DNA from: Candidatus Heimdallarchaeum endolithica | Lineage (GTDB): Archaea > Asgardarchaeota > Heimdallarchaeia > Heimdallarchaeales > Heimdallarchaeaceae | Assembly: GCA_021513715.1 (NCBI GenBank) | Contig: CP084167.1 | Location: forward strand, 2,912,001-2,976,000 | Direction of reading: 5' to 3' | DNA: 64,000 bases | Shown here: positions 1 to 10,219 of the stretch, piece by piece | Numbering within the stretch: position 1 is the first letter of the stretch | How the letters are laid out: every line of letters begins with the position of its first letter | Made by a program: the position numbers and the translations under genes | Notes under the pieces: generated by a model | The model's database searches: none | What the model was told of the DNA's origin: nothing | Seen by the model: the letters and a program-made list of their open reading frames with translations, nothing else

Positions 1-83
1 TAAACTAATTGTTTTAATAATTTAGCGCTTTAGGATTAAATTAAAAAAAATGCAATAATAGAATAAAAAATAGAAAAAAAAGA

Positions 84-3014
84 TTAATTTTCCTTACGGA
101 ACAATTGTTGCTTAACTGGTTCTGCATTAATTGTTAGAGAAGATACAATTATACCTAGTGTTAGAATGAATAAGGCAGCAAAAGCTCCTCCGGTTCTATA
201 AGAATCTGCTCTTCCTATTATTGAGAGGAAATCATTCTCGATATGTTTGGCAAGGTTTTCTGTAGAATAGAGCATATCTTCAAGCCAGAATAAGTTTGCC
301 ATATCTGCAGTAAGTTTAGGATAAGTTTGATGCCATGTTCTATACTTATACTGAACATCTTCAGTGTTTTCTACTGCATCCTCATCTAAAAATGGATAAT
401 ATTCTACGTATTGACCTGCATAGGTATTATATTGTACTCTATCTCTTCGTTCGAGAATTGTACCAGTTGTTGGGTCAGTGAAAATTTGTTGGAAGTGGAA
501 TTCATCACGTATAGAACCAGGAAATGTGTGAGTAATATAAATATCATCATTCTTCCAATCTGTACCATAAATTTCGTTCCATCTTCCTACATGAACAAAA
601 CTTTCATTTAGATAATCTGCATACTCTTGCCAATATAAGTCATATTGATCTACTTGTAGATAAGGTTGTTGTGTGTCTGCATAGTAAATGTATGCATCTC
701 TTCCATACATGATTGTTTTATCTCTAGCAGAATCAAAGATAAAGGGACGGAAGAAGTATTCAACCCATCTTTGTGTAAATCCTCTTACTGTATTTGGAGG
801 TAAAGCATTTAATGCATAAGTCTCACTGAATGGATCAAATTCCACTGTTTTCATTGGCCAATTATTTAATTGGACGAAAGAAGCTTTATCCCAAACTTCA
901 ACAAATGTTCTTAATTCATCTCTATGTAGCACATCACTAAATGAACCTGAAGAGTAAGTTACATGTATTAAACCTTTAGAACCATCAGCTAAGTAAATGT
1001 TATTGCCAGAAGCGTAAACATCAAATGCTTCTCCATCGCTGTCGTAAGTTGCTAAACTGGATAAGGAATTGACGTTAGAAGCATCTACTACAATTAACCC
1101 ATTTTCTCCTGCAGTTAGGTATAATAAATCATTGTCTTCGTATATATTAAAGAAACCATCAGAAGTACCAAAGTCATATGTTTCAATTTGTGTTAAAGTG
1201 TTTCCACTAATTGAATAGACTACAAGTCCTAAAGTAGCATCAAGAACATATAATGTTGAACCATCCAACAGTAATTGTGTTGCTCCAGGAAGAGAGACGT
1301 TTACTAATGAATCTAATGTTGAAGCATCAAAAACTTCTATTCCTCGACCTTGTTCAACAGCATAAACTTTTGTTCCATCAGTATTAATTGCAATAACAGG
1401 CGAATCAGTTTCTTTAAGGGTATTCAAGGAAATATCTCCACCATTTGTTGTTAGTTTAGCTAATCCATATTGTCCCATAGCAACGAATAATGAGGATTTT
1501 GTAGGATTATATTCAAGATCTAAAGCGTTTACATTTCCTCCGTTAGTCCAAACATTAATTTGTTCTATCTCTGAAAGATCAGCTAAATTTAATGAAACTA
1601 ATCCTTTTTCACCAGCTGCTACATATCCAAAATCGCCATATAAACTAGTTTCAAAAGCAATATCCTTGAAAGAGTAACCTTGTAATCTGTATCCTCCAAT
1701 TCCTAAAAATAAGGGGCTGGAAGTATTTACTATTCTGAAACCTCTGTTTCCTTCGATCACATAAGCGAAATCTCCATTCATCTCAACCTTGTAACTTTGT
1801 GATTTTTCAAAGGTGGGGATATTGCCAATTGCAATTATTTCATCTACTCTTGTAATATTTTCTCTGCCTGTTTTTACAGCGTATAATAAGTCTGTAGAAG
1901 GATCAAAGGTTTCGAATGATTGATTAACCAAGAAAGGATATTTTCTTCCTCCAAGGAGAGGATCTTCAATCCCTGTAACCCACTCTGTTGCTGTTCTTTC
2001 GCAAATATAAGATATTTTTCTGTCGTATAACCAAGTTAATGCAGGAGTACCTGTAAGATATCTAATGTATGAAGCGAAAGATTGAGCTTGTTTTAGTTCT
2101 TCTGGTGTATCAATATCATAAATTTCTGCTAACTTTTGTGTAACGTTAACAGTGAGAATTGAGGAGTCATAGCTTAAACCTTGAACTAAATCAAGGAAGT
2201 ATTTCATAGACCCAGCTTCTCCAGTGAATAGAGAATAGTCATGACCATCTGCAGTTAATGCATTAAAGAGAATTTTGTAGGCTGTCTCACTATCAAAATT
2301 AAGATCTGTGTGATCAGGACGTGAATTAATCCACATGTGAGGGCTATACTTAATGCTGTAAATTAGGTCATTATCTTGTGCATAATCTTTATTTAGTACA
2401 ATTTTAGCAATTTCGCTGTTATTGTATCCTAATTCTTCTAATTCACTTCGAATCATAAAACTTGCAACATAAGCTTGTAAACCATACTCTGAACCATTAC
2501 CGAAATTCTTTACATAATATGGCCAGAGGTAGTTATAATTAACAATTTTCTCATTACCTGTTAATGTTGAAAGCGTTTTGTTTAAAGTGTATTGCTTCCG
2601 TTCAGTGTAAACAACATAATCATTTTCTTCACTATAATCAACTATAAATTTCTTCATTTCTAAGTCAAATACTAGTTTTCCTGGAATTCCTATGTAAGTA
2701 ACTGGCGTATTTTTGTACAGGTATGCATTTCTGTCACTTATGTTGTAAAATTCTATATAGGTATGAGCGTAATAATTACTATCATCAGAGTATTTACCAA
2801 CATACATCCAATCAGAGTAATTGTCGCTTCCTCCTTCGTAAGGATCAAGGTCGTCTTCTGTAATCATACCATAGTTACTTAGTTTCTCTTCTATTTGATT
2901 ATTGATTCTGATAGTTTGAATTGGTAACATTACGCCAACTGCGATAGCTGATCCAGAAGTTAAAATTAAAATAAATATTCCTAACATTATACGGAATTTT
3001 TTCTGCATAGTCAT
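84..3014 (-). CDS. CD36/scavenger receptor class B-like two-TM membrane protein with inserted LVIVD-repeat beta-propeller
   Basis: N- and C-terminal TM helices. CD36-like motifs: YIEFYNISD (cf. yFFNvTN), ERTATEWVTGIEDPLL (cf. RTv.ElL.GY.DPll), FTDPTTGTILERRDRVQYN (cf. vEP.TG..l....RlQ.N), LFWLE. Central repeats such as AYVIEGNRGFRIVN, LYLTAGENGLIVVD, IYLADGSKGLIHV. Confidence 0.7.
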   Translation of the reverse strand: MTMQKKFRIMLGIFILILTSGSAIAVGVMLPIQTIRINNQIEEKLSNYGMITEDDLDPYEGGSDNYSDWMYVGKYSDDSNYYAHTYIEFYNISDRNAYLYKNTPVTYIGIPGKLVFDLEMKKFIVDYSEENDYVVYTERKQYTLNKTLSTLTGNEKIVNYNYLWPYYVKNFGNGSEYGLQAYVASFMIRSELEELGYNNSEIAKIVLNKDYAQDNDLIYSIKYSPHMWINSRPDHTDLNFDSETAYKILFNALTADGHDYSLFTGEAGSMKYFLDLVQGLSYDSSILTVNVTQKLAEIYDIDTPEELKQAQSFASYIRYLTGTPALTWLYDRKISYICERTATEWVTGIEDPLLGGRKYPFLVNQSFETFDPSTDLLYAVKTGRENITRVDEIIAIGNIPTFEKSQSYKVEMNGDFAYVIEGNRGFRIVNTSSPLFLGIGGYRLQGYSFKDIAFETSLYGDFGYVAAGEKGLVSLNLADLSEIEQINVWTNGGNVNALDLEYNPTKSSLFVAMGQYGLAKLTTNGGDISLNTLKETDSPVIAINTDGTKVYAVEQGRGIEVFDASTLDSLVNVSLPGATQLLLDGSTLYVLDATLGLVVYSISGNTLTQIETYDFGTSDGFFNIYEDNDLLYLTAGENGLIVVDASNVNSLSSLATYDSDGEAFDVYASGNNIYLADGSKGLIHVTYSSGSFSDVLHRDELRTFVEVWDKASFVQLNNWPMKTVEFDPFSETYALNALPPNTVRGFTQRWVEYFFRPFIFDSARDKTIMYGRDAYIYYADTQQPYLQVDQYDLYWQEYADYLNESFVHVGRWNEIYGTDWKNDDIYITHTFPGSIRDEFHFQQIFTDPTTGTILERRDRVQYNTYAGQYVEYYPFLDEDAVENTEDVQYKYRTWHQTYPKLTADMANLFWLEDMLYSTENLAKHIENDFLSIIGRADSYRTGGAFAALFILTLGIIVSSLTINAEPVKQQLFRKEN

Positions 3015-3252
3015 TTTCCTCGCAACAATATCTGTTTATGCTTCCGTCTCTTATGTCTATTTAAATGTAATGACATATTCACTAGACATATTGGACTAGA
3101 GACATTATCAGTGCAACGGAGAAATAAACAATTATATATTTTGTGTATGTGTTTTTTTTTAAGGAATCATATATTTAAAAGAATTTACAATATAATATGC
3201 GAAAAAATTTAAATTTTTAAGAAAGAGAAAAGAAAGAGAAATTAAGCAAATA

Positions 3253-4518
3253 TTATTCTTCTTTTACTTCGTCTTCATTTTCTATTGTAACATTCTCTTC
3301 TATTAGATAATGTTCCTTCTCAAACAGAGTGTCATATGACGATAAAAAGGAGGTACTAACAAGTTCTCCATTAGAATCATACTCTTTTATAATTGCTTTG
3401 TTTAATATTTTGAATGAATCAAGAATTTCTTGGGGAATAGTAATGAAAGAAAATATTCCTCTAATGACTGTTCCCCTTCTTCTATTGCTATTTATAGCAA
3501 AAAAAACATCTTTATTTGAGTATTTTTGTCTAAAAATCTTGTAGTTTGATACAGATAAACCATCGTTAGTTGTTTGGATACAGATAAAACCTCTTAAAGG
3601 TGGTTTATCAATTGGAATGTTTGTTGCTAAATTCTCAACTTTTAATAGATTTGAAAAATCATTAATTTGTTCGTAGATGTCGTAGGAGACTAGAGAACAA
3701 AGACCTTTTGCATCTTGAAAAACATGTTGAAAATCTGATAAGTCGTAGGTATAAAAGTCATTCTTTGAGATAGAAGATATCATAATATCAACTATTACAT
3801 TCATTACTCTATCTCTAAGTTTTGTTTTCAATTCAAGATAACCACTAGACGGATTATTTTCAACTAATTTATTATGGTCTAATAAGATGAAAGGAATTAA
3901 GACATTTTCTAAATTTATCAAATAAGAAATAAAACCTAATAAAGAAATTTTCTCGCTTAAATTTTGCCCTTCTATTGGTTTTTCAAGGACAACTATTGGA
4001 GTTTTCCCTTTTTCTTTAATAATAGGTAGGAGTTCCATTAACATTCCTAATAGAAAACTATCATTTCCAGTGAAAATAAAAACAATTGAAGCATCTTCTA
4101 CAGTATTTACGATCTTCTGTGAAATACTAGATTGATTTTCATCAAACCACTTTTTACCCAAAAGAAAAGTAGAATTTATAATATCTCTGTTAGGTAAACG
4201 GATAAAATGATTCTTGTTTTCATATTTATTCAATGTTTCTTCATTAGCAAATAATAAGGAATTGCTTTTTTTTATTCTCTTAACAAGAAAAGAATAGAAT
4301 TCACAACCTTCTCCCAAAAACAAAAATGCATAATTTTTTAGTTTCTCTTCCCCTTCAAAAAATAGAGTATCAGATAGTTCAGAACCAAAAAAAGGATTTT
4401 CATCATTTTTGTTATCTACAATAATTCTTTGAAATTCAAATTTGTACAATGGGTTGAACTTTTGTTTTCTTGTCCCTAAACTTGATTTTTTTCTTTTGAA
4501 TATTTTTTTCAAACTCAT
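3253..4518 (-). CDS. Highly divergent tubulin/FtsZ-fold protein lacking the GGGTG motif
   Basis: FtsZ/CetZ-like motif order: FLFLGEG, ASIVFIFTGNDS (position of GGGTG), IVVLEKPIEGQ, FILLDHNKL, YDLSDF (T7-like loop). Basic N-terminus. Confidence 0.5.
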   Translation of the reverse strand: MSLKKIFKRKKSSLGTRKQKFNPLYKFEFQRIIVDNKNDENPFFGSELSDTLFFEGEEKLKNYAFLFLGEGCEFYSFLVKRIKKSNSLLFANEETLNKYENKNHFIRLPNRDIINSTFLLGKKWFDENQSSISQKIVNTVEDASIVFIFTGNDSFLLGMLMELLPIIKEKGKTPIVVLEKPIEGQNLSEKISLLGFISYLINLENVLIPFILLDHNKLVENNPSSGYLELKTKLRDRVMNVIVDIMISSISKNDFYTYDLSDFQHVFQDAKGLCSLVSYDIYEQINDFSNLLKVENLATNIPIDKPPLRGFICIQTTNDGLSVSNYKIFRQKYSNKDVFFAINSNRRRGTVIRGIFSFITIPQEILDSFKILNKAIIKEYDSNGELVSTSFLSSYDTLFEKEHYLIEENVTIENEDEVKEE

Positions 4519-4587
4519 TTTGCAACACTTAACGAAACTTCATTTTATATTTTATTTATTGCTTTTTATTTCTATCGAAATGCAATG

Positions 4588-6000
4588 TTAATGTTTTCCT
4601 GCAAGTACTTCATTTGTATTAAATACTTGAATTGTGTTAGTTTTTCTTGGAATACCTAAATAACTTCCCCCTACTAATACAACTATATCATCATCCTTCA
4701 AATGTCCTTCGTTAATTAGACTTGAAATACAAGTGTAAACAAGTTGGTCGTAATCAGTTTCATATGTATGAAAAATAGGTTTCACTCCCCAATAAAGTTG
4801 CACTCTCCTCAATGTCCTTTTTTCTGGTGTAGAGGCAAATATAGGTAAACGCAATCTATATTTTGAAACCATCTGAGAACTATACCCTGTGCGTGTAAGT
4901 GCAATTATAGCTTTTGCAGAGAGGTTTTGAGCAATATCAACAGCAGCTTTTCCAATTGACTCTTCTATATTTTTTGCTTTACATTTTGGAATAAAAATAA
5001 GTTCGCTTTTTTCTGCTTCTCGAATTATTTGGTCCATTACTCTAATTACATTAACAGGATGGATACCTGTGGCTGTTTCTGCAGACAACATTACAGCGTC
5101 AGCTCCATCAAAAACAGCGTGAGCAACGTCACTAGCTTCAGCACGAGTTGGAATAGGTTCAATTGTCATTGATTCCAACATCTGTGTAGCAACAATTACA
5201 GGTTTACCAAGTTGCATTCCCATTTGAATGTATTGCTTTTGTAAAACAGGTACTTTTTCAGGACCAATTTCAATTCCTAAATCACCTCTAGCAACCATTA
5301 GTCCATCACAATTTTCCATGATGGATTTAATGTTTTTTACAGCATCAATATGCTCAATCTTTGCAATTATTGGGATATATTGTGATGTTGATGACTTTAT
5401 TATCTCCTTTATCTTTTTGATGTCTTCAACATCTCTTACGAAACTTATGAATAGATAATCTGCTTCTAGTTCACAAGCCTTTTCAATGTCTATTATGTCT
5501 TTTTTAGTTGGAACATGTAAAGTTAAATTTGAATCTGGAACGTTGACTCCTTTCCTTGTTGATATTATCCCTCCATCTCTAACAACACATTTAATTAAAT
5601 TTCCATCTATCTCCAAAACTTCTAGTTTTACTAATCCATCATTAATAAAAATAGGTGAACCTATTTTTACTTCTTTGTATAGATCTTTATAATTAACTGA
5701 AAAGTAGTTTTTTGTACTAATTATCGATTCGTCGTTTGTTATTGTCACCTTTTCACCAATTTCTAGTGAAACTGACTCTTTGAACTTTCCAATACGTATC
5801 TTAGGACCTGCTATGTCAATAGCTATTGCAATATTAGGGCAATTTTCTCTAATTCTGTTAAAAACTGTTTCATGCTCTTGATGTGTTCCATGGGAAAAGT
5901 TCAATCTAGCAATATTCATTCCTGTTTTTTCCATTTTTTTCAGCATTTCCACAGAATCAGATGATGGACCAATAGTACAAACAATTTTAGTCATTCTCAA
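4588..6000 (-). CDS. pyk: Pyruvate kinase
   Basis: TKIVCTIGP, ARLNFSHG, IIAKIE, MVARGDLG, ATQMLESM, DAVMLSAETA motifs. Confidence 0.97.
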   Translation of the reverse strand: MRMTKIVCTIGPSSDSVEMLKKMEKTGMNIARLNFSHGTHQEHETVFNRIRENCPNIAIAIDIAGPKIRIGKFKESVSLEIGEKVTITNDESIISTKNYFSVNYKDLYKEVKIGSPIFINDGLVKLEVLEIDGNLIKCVVRDGGIISTRKGVNVPDSNLTLHVPTKKDIIDIEKACELEADYLFISFVRDVEDIKKIKEIIKSSTSQYIPIIAKIEHIDAVKNIKSIMENCDGLMVARGDLGIEIGPEKVPVLQKQYIQMGMQLGKPVIVATQMLESMTIEPIPTRAEASDVAHAVFDGADAVMLSAETATGIHPVNVIRVMDQIIREAEKSELIFIPKCKAKNIEESIGKAAVDIAQNLSAKAIIALTRTGYSSQMVSKYRLRLPIFASTPEKRTLRRVQLYWGVKPIFHTYETDYDQLVYTCISSLINEGHLKDDDIVVLVGGSYLGIPRKTNTIQVFNTNEVLAGKH

Positions 6001-6198
6001 TGTTAATCGTCTAAGTATTCGTTTTTCTACTTAAAAGATTATGTGTTTTTGGAATTGAAGAAAACTCTTTCAATTTTAATCAATAGTTCTACATTATGTT
6101 TTTTTAGCTAAAGAACAAATAAGTTTTACAGGAATTCCTTATTAGTTATTGTTCTTCTTGCGAAAGTTTAAAAATGTGAATTTACTCTTTTCATTGAA

Positions 6199-7509
6199 AT
6201 GGAAGAAAGTTCAAAAGTTCCTGTTAGTGGGATAAAGGCAAGTTTAGTATATCCTGAATCTAAAATAAAACCAGTTTTTAATTTTGAAAATATGATAGTT
6301 GAACACTATAAACGATTTCCACGAACTGCAGCATTGATTGAAAATCCAAAATATGCAAAAGCCCTAATGAACCCTCTGAAATCTTTCTATCTTGTCCCTA
6401 TTGCTATTTTCAAGGTCAAATTTAATACTATTCTCTCAATGAAATTTTGGAATTACATGTCTTTGTGGTTATACATCCTTATTGCTTCTATTCCAAATTC
6501 TATCTCTATGTATTTAACATTCAAAAGCAATAAAATTTTAGGTGATATTACTTTTTCAGTTATCATACCTATATTAGTTTCCTCTCTAGTTGCCCTTTGG
6601 TACCTTAAATTTACACATGATGGTTTCTTTGGACTAATTATAGAGAAGAAAGTTGAGTGGTTGGAAAAACCTGTAAAAGAATACTATGATAAATATTATG
6701 ATAAAAAATTTAGTTTAAACGTTGTTTTAGTCACTTTGAGCGTCTTGACCTCATTAGGTGTTGGAATTCCTGTATTAATTTATGCTTCTAGCCAAGGTTT
6801 ACAATCTGCAATTATATTTGGAATTATTGGAATGATTTGCAATCTGCTAGTCTTTTATGTTTTCTATTTGTCTTTACAATATACTATATTAAACACTAAA
6901 ATTTATTCAAAGGTATTAAACACTATAAAAAATAGAATAAATCTCTATCTCAACGAGTATGGAACTTTGCTGAACAGTGAAAATTATGAGATCATTTGGG
7001 CTTTAGGAGACACTCCTGGAAGATCAATACGACAACTTGAGAATATACCTATAGCTGGAGTAATCTCTGCATTAATAGTAACAATTGCCATGTTAATAGG
7101 GACTATTAACCAAGCAGTTCTTGGACTAGTAAAAGGAGTTATGCCAACAGTGAATATAATTAATTCACAAATGAGTCTCAATGCAATAATTGCAACAATC
7201 TCTCTAGTTATTGCAATTGTGATGGTGTTAATCGTTATTCTTCCATTGTACATCTTTAGTAGTAAAATGAAGAAATTTAAAGTTAAAGCGCTGATAGAAC
7301 TGGACAATTACATTTTTGCGAATGTGATGGAATTTGAACAACGTTATTCTGAGCTTGCAAAACAAGAAACAGTAACTATATTTGCTCTCAGAGAGTATAT
7401 CTCTGGTATGAGAACTATTCCAATTTCTGCGGCGAAGATTATTAAAAGTTTAACAGCTGTTGCAGTATGGTTCGTAAATGTAAGAAAAATAATAAAAGCA
7501 TTTGGTTGA
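6199..7509 (+). CDS. Multi-pass membrane protein of unknown function
   Basis: About 6 hydrophobic helices; ends 10 bp before the tubulin-like gene. Confidence 0.7.
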   Translation: MEESSKVPVSGIKASLVYPESKIKPVFNFENMIVEHYKRFPRTAALIENPKYAKALMNPLKSFYLVPIAIFKVKFNTILSMKFWNYMSLWLYILIASIPNSISMYLTFKSNKILGDITFSVIIPILVSSLVALWYLKFTHDGFFGLIIEKKVEWLEKPVKEYYDKYYDKKFSLNVVLVTLSVLTSLGVGIPVLIYASSQGLQSAIIFGIIGMICNLLVFYVFYLSLQYTILNTKIYSKVLNTIKNRINLYLNEYGTLLNSENYEIIWALGDTPGRSIRQLENIPIAGVISALIVTIAMLIGTINQAVLGLVKGVMPTVNIINSQMSLNAIIATISLVIAIVMVLIVILPLYIFSSKMKKFKVKALIELDNYIFANVMEFEQRYSELAKQETVTIFALREYISGMRTIPISAAKIIKSLTAVAVWFVNVRKIIKAFG

Positions 7510-7519
7510 GTGAGGAAAA

Positions 7520-8659
7520 ATGTCGTTCTTAAAGAAACTTAGAAAAAAATCAATAGATATTGCAGTAATCGCTGTTGGTGATGCAGCCTGTACAATAGGA
7601 GCTAAATTTATTCAAAATTTAAAAGAAAATAAGATTAACGTGAAGTCTTTAGCAATAAATACAAAAAACAATTTTGAGTCCAAAATTTCTGACCCTTATA
7701 GTGACAAGTTTTGGTTTGCTGAACAATATTCTTCTACAAATCGTGATTTAGAATTGGCAAAAAAACTTTTTGAAGAAAGAAAAGAAGCTCTAACTGATAA
7801 ATTAAAAAATGTTGTTTTTTATCGCATAGATGACAAAAAACGAGAAGAAAAACTTGCTTTACATCTTATAATAGCTAGTGGAGGAGGAACTGGTTCAGCA
7901 GGTTCAATGATAGTAAGTAAAATAATTAAAGATATAACAGGTGAATCTCCGACAATAATCTTCATTGTTCCTGAAAAACATGAACCTTCAGTTGTTCAAT
8001 ATAATACAGCTACAGCTTTGTTCTATCTGGGATTTGATAGTCTAGGACCTAATTGTCCTACTATCCTATTTGATAATGAGAAACTAATCTCAGTTGATAA
8101 AACATTAAATATTAAGGATGCACTAGAATACTGTAATAACTATTTGGCTAATACACTCTCTACTACTATTTTAGCAGCTCTACAAGAATCTTCTCATGAA
8201 GAATTTAATGCGGGTTTAAATGATTTTTTCAAATCTTTTAGCTCTGAAGCAAAAGGAATAGGGGTCATTATTTCTGTAGATAAAACTTTTGAATCTTTAG
8301 AAAAAGCTCAAAATATTAGGTTTTCTGATATATTCTTTAAAGAATTAGAACTAACATCCAGTTTGACTGCGGATATCACAAAGGCAAGACTGGGTTTTCT
8401 ATCCATTATTGCTCCTCATTCCTATCAAACAACGTTTGAAACAAAAAAAATTGTAAAAAGATTTGAAAAAGGATCAATTAAGGTTTCATTAACATCATTA
8501 GAAGAGCCTATTCTTTTAATACGTGGAGTAATAACAGGGTTGCACCCTGATTTTATTGAGAGATTTTGGGATATTTTTGAACGTGCTAGGGATTCCAGAA
8601 AAGAGGTATTAATTCAAGAAGAGCAAATAAGAAACATGAAATTAGTTTTTTCCAACTAA
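7520..8659 (+). CDS. Divergent tubulin/FtsZ/CetZ-family GTPase
   Basis: IAVIAVGDAA (T1), LAINT, ASGGGTGSAG (tubulin signature), VPEKHE, YNTATAL, LFDNEKL. Confidence 0.8.
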   Translation: MSFLKKLRKKSIDIAVIAVGDAACTIGAKFIQNLKENKINVKSLAINTKNNFESKISDPYSDKFWFAEQYSSTNRDLELAKKLFEERKEALTDKLKNVVFYRIDDKKREEKLALHLIIASGGGTGSAGSMIVSKIIKDITGESPTIIFIVPEKHEPSVVQYNTATALFYLGFDSLGPNCPTILFDNEKLISVDKTLNIKDALEYCNNYLANTLSTTILAALQESSHEEFNAGLNDFFKSFSSEAKGIGVIISVDKTFESLEKAQNIRFSDIFFKELELTSSLTADITKARLGFLSIIAPHSYQTTFETKKIVKRFEKGSIKVSLTSLEEPILLIRGVITGLHPDFIERFWDIFERARDSRKEVLIQEEQIRNMKLVFSN

Positions 8660-8706
8660 TTTTTTAGTTGTGACCGTAATAAACCTTATTAATTAAATAT
8701 ATTTTT

Positions 8707-10000
8707 TTGATTAATGACTATTTAAATCCAAAAAAAGTAGGTAAAAAACTCCAAAGGAGAATTAAAGGAAAAGTAGTTTGGGACAAAGTTTCTAGATACT
8801 TGTATTCTACTGATGCTAGTATCTATAAACTTATGCCCTTAATTGTTGCTCAACCTACATGTACAGAAGGTGTCCAAGAAATAGTAAAATTTTGTAATAA
8901 ATACAAACTCTCTATTCACCCTCGAGGTGCAGGGACTGGGTTGGGAGGACAAGCTTTGGGAGAAGGTGTGGTAATAGATTTTGCTAGATTTATGCGAAAT
9001 ATTATAGAAATTAATCCTGAAGAAGACTATGTTTGGACTGAGGTAGGAATAAAGGGAGCTCCCTTACAAAAAAGTTTAGGAGAATATAATAAATACATAC
9101 CTCCAGATCCAAGTAGTCAGGATTATGCTACTTTAGGTGGAATGATTTCAAACAATGCTTCTGGTTCTCATTCTGTTAAATATGGTGATTACGATAAATG
9201 GGTTGAAGAATTAGAGGTTGTTCTTGCAGATGGGAACGTAATTTATACAAAAGAGTACGATATTGAGAGTGAAGAGTTTAATAAAGTATTAGAAAAGGGA
9301 ACATTAGAATCAAGCATATACAAAAACTTGTTAGAACTTTGGAAAAAGAATGAAGAAAAAATAAAGAATGCATATCCACCTGTACTGCATAACGTAACAG
9401 GATATGAGCTTAGAAAATTTATTTATGATGGAAAAATAAATCTTATAAGGTTGTTTGTAGGTTCTGAAGGTACATTCGGAGTTATAACAAAAGCAAAAAT
9501 GAGAATAGAGACCAAACCAAAATACAAAGTTCTTTCAACAGTCTATTTTAGTGATTTAGTAAAAGCAGGAAAAGCAATTCAATATATCTTGGAGCAAGAA
9601 CCAGCAGCCATTGAATTATTAGGTGAAAAACTACTAAGTATGGCAAGAGAAAGATACCCTTCTCTAAATAAGAAACTACTTAAAGAATTAGATACAATGC
9701 TGTTAGTCGAATTTGAAGAGGATGACCTTGAAGAATGCAAAAAGCAAACTGAAATTACAAAAAAGAAAGTCACTCAAACTGAGAAACTAGCTTTTGAATT
9801 TCTCTCTGCAGAAGATCCAGAAGAACAAGCAAATTTATGGGCGGCTAGAAAGTCAGCAGTACCACTTTTGTATAAAATTAAAGGCGATAGAAAAATAATT
9901 GCACTTATTGAAGACGTAGTTGTTCCTCCAGAGCATCTAGCAAAGTATGTCATAGAACTAGAAACTGTATGTAAAGATCTGGTGGTTGAATTTATAGCCT
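8707..10000 (+). pseudogene. Truncated FAD-linked oxidase (GlcD/D-lactate dehydrogenase-like), cut by a structured-RNA cassette
   Basis: YSTDASIY, PRGAGTGLGG, TLGGMISNNASG, GSEGTFG, EDVVVP. Similarity stops at EFIAY, just before the expected GHAGDGNLH; the ORF runs on into the cassette to a stop at 10059. Confidence 0.8.
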
Positions 10001-10219
10001 ATGAGTTGAAATTTTACTTAATTTCTTCAGGACTCTCCCCAACCAACCAACAAACTTAGCGAAAGTTGTGAAGACTGGCTTAAGAGAACATGAAAGACAC
10101 AGTCTTAATTAAGTTCTCTAAGGGGTTCATCTCCTTATCCCGGGCACTCATAACTCCCAAAGGGAAGACCGGGTGTCGTAGGAATGAAACCTACGTCTTT
10201 AAGCATATAGCTCAAGACA
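10001..10219 (-). ncRNA. Putative structured ncRNA cassette, copy A (omega/reRNA-like)
   Basis: Reverse complement aligns with 55621-55828. Multiple hairpins; TTTATATA box ~21 nt upstream of the first hairpin; conserved end ...CAACTCAT. Confidence 0.65.
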
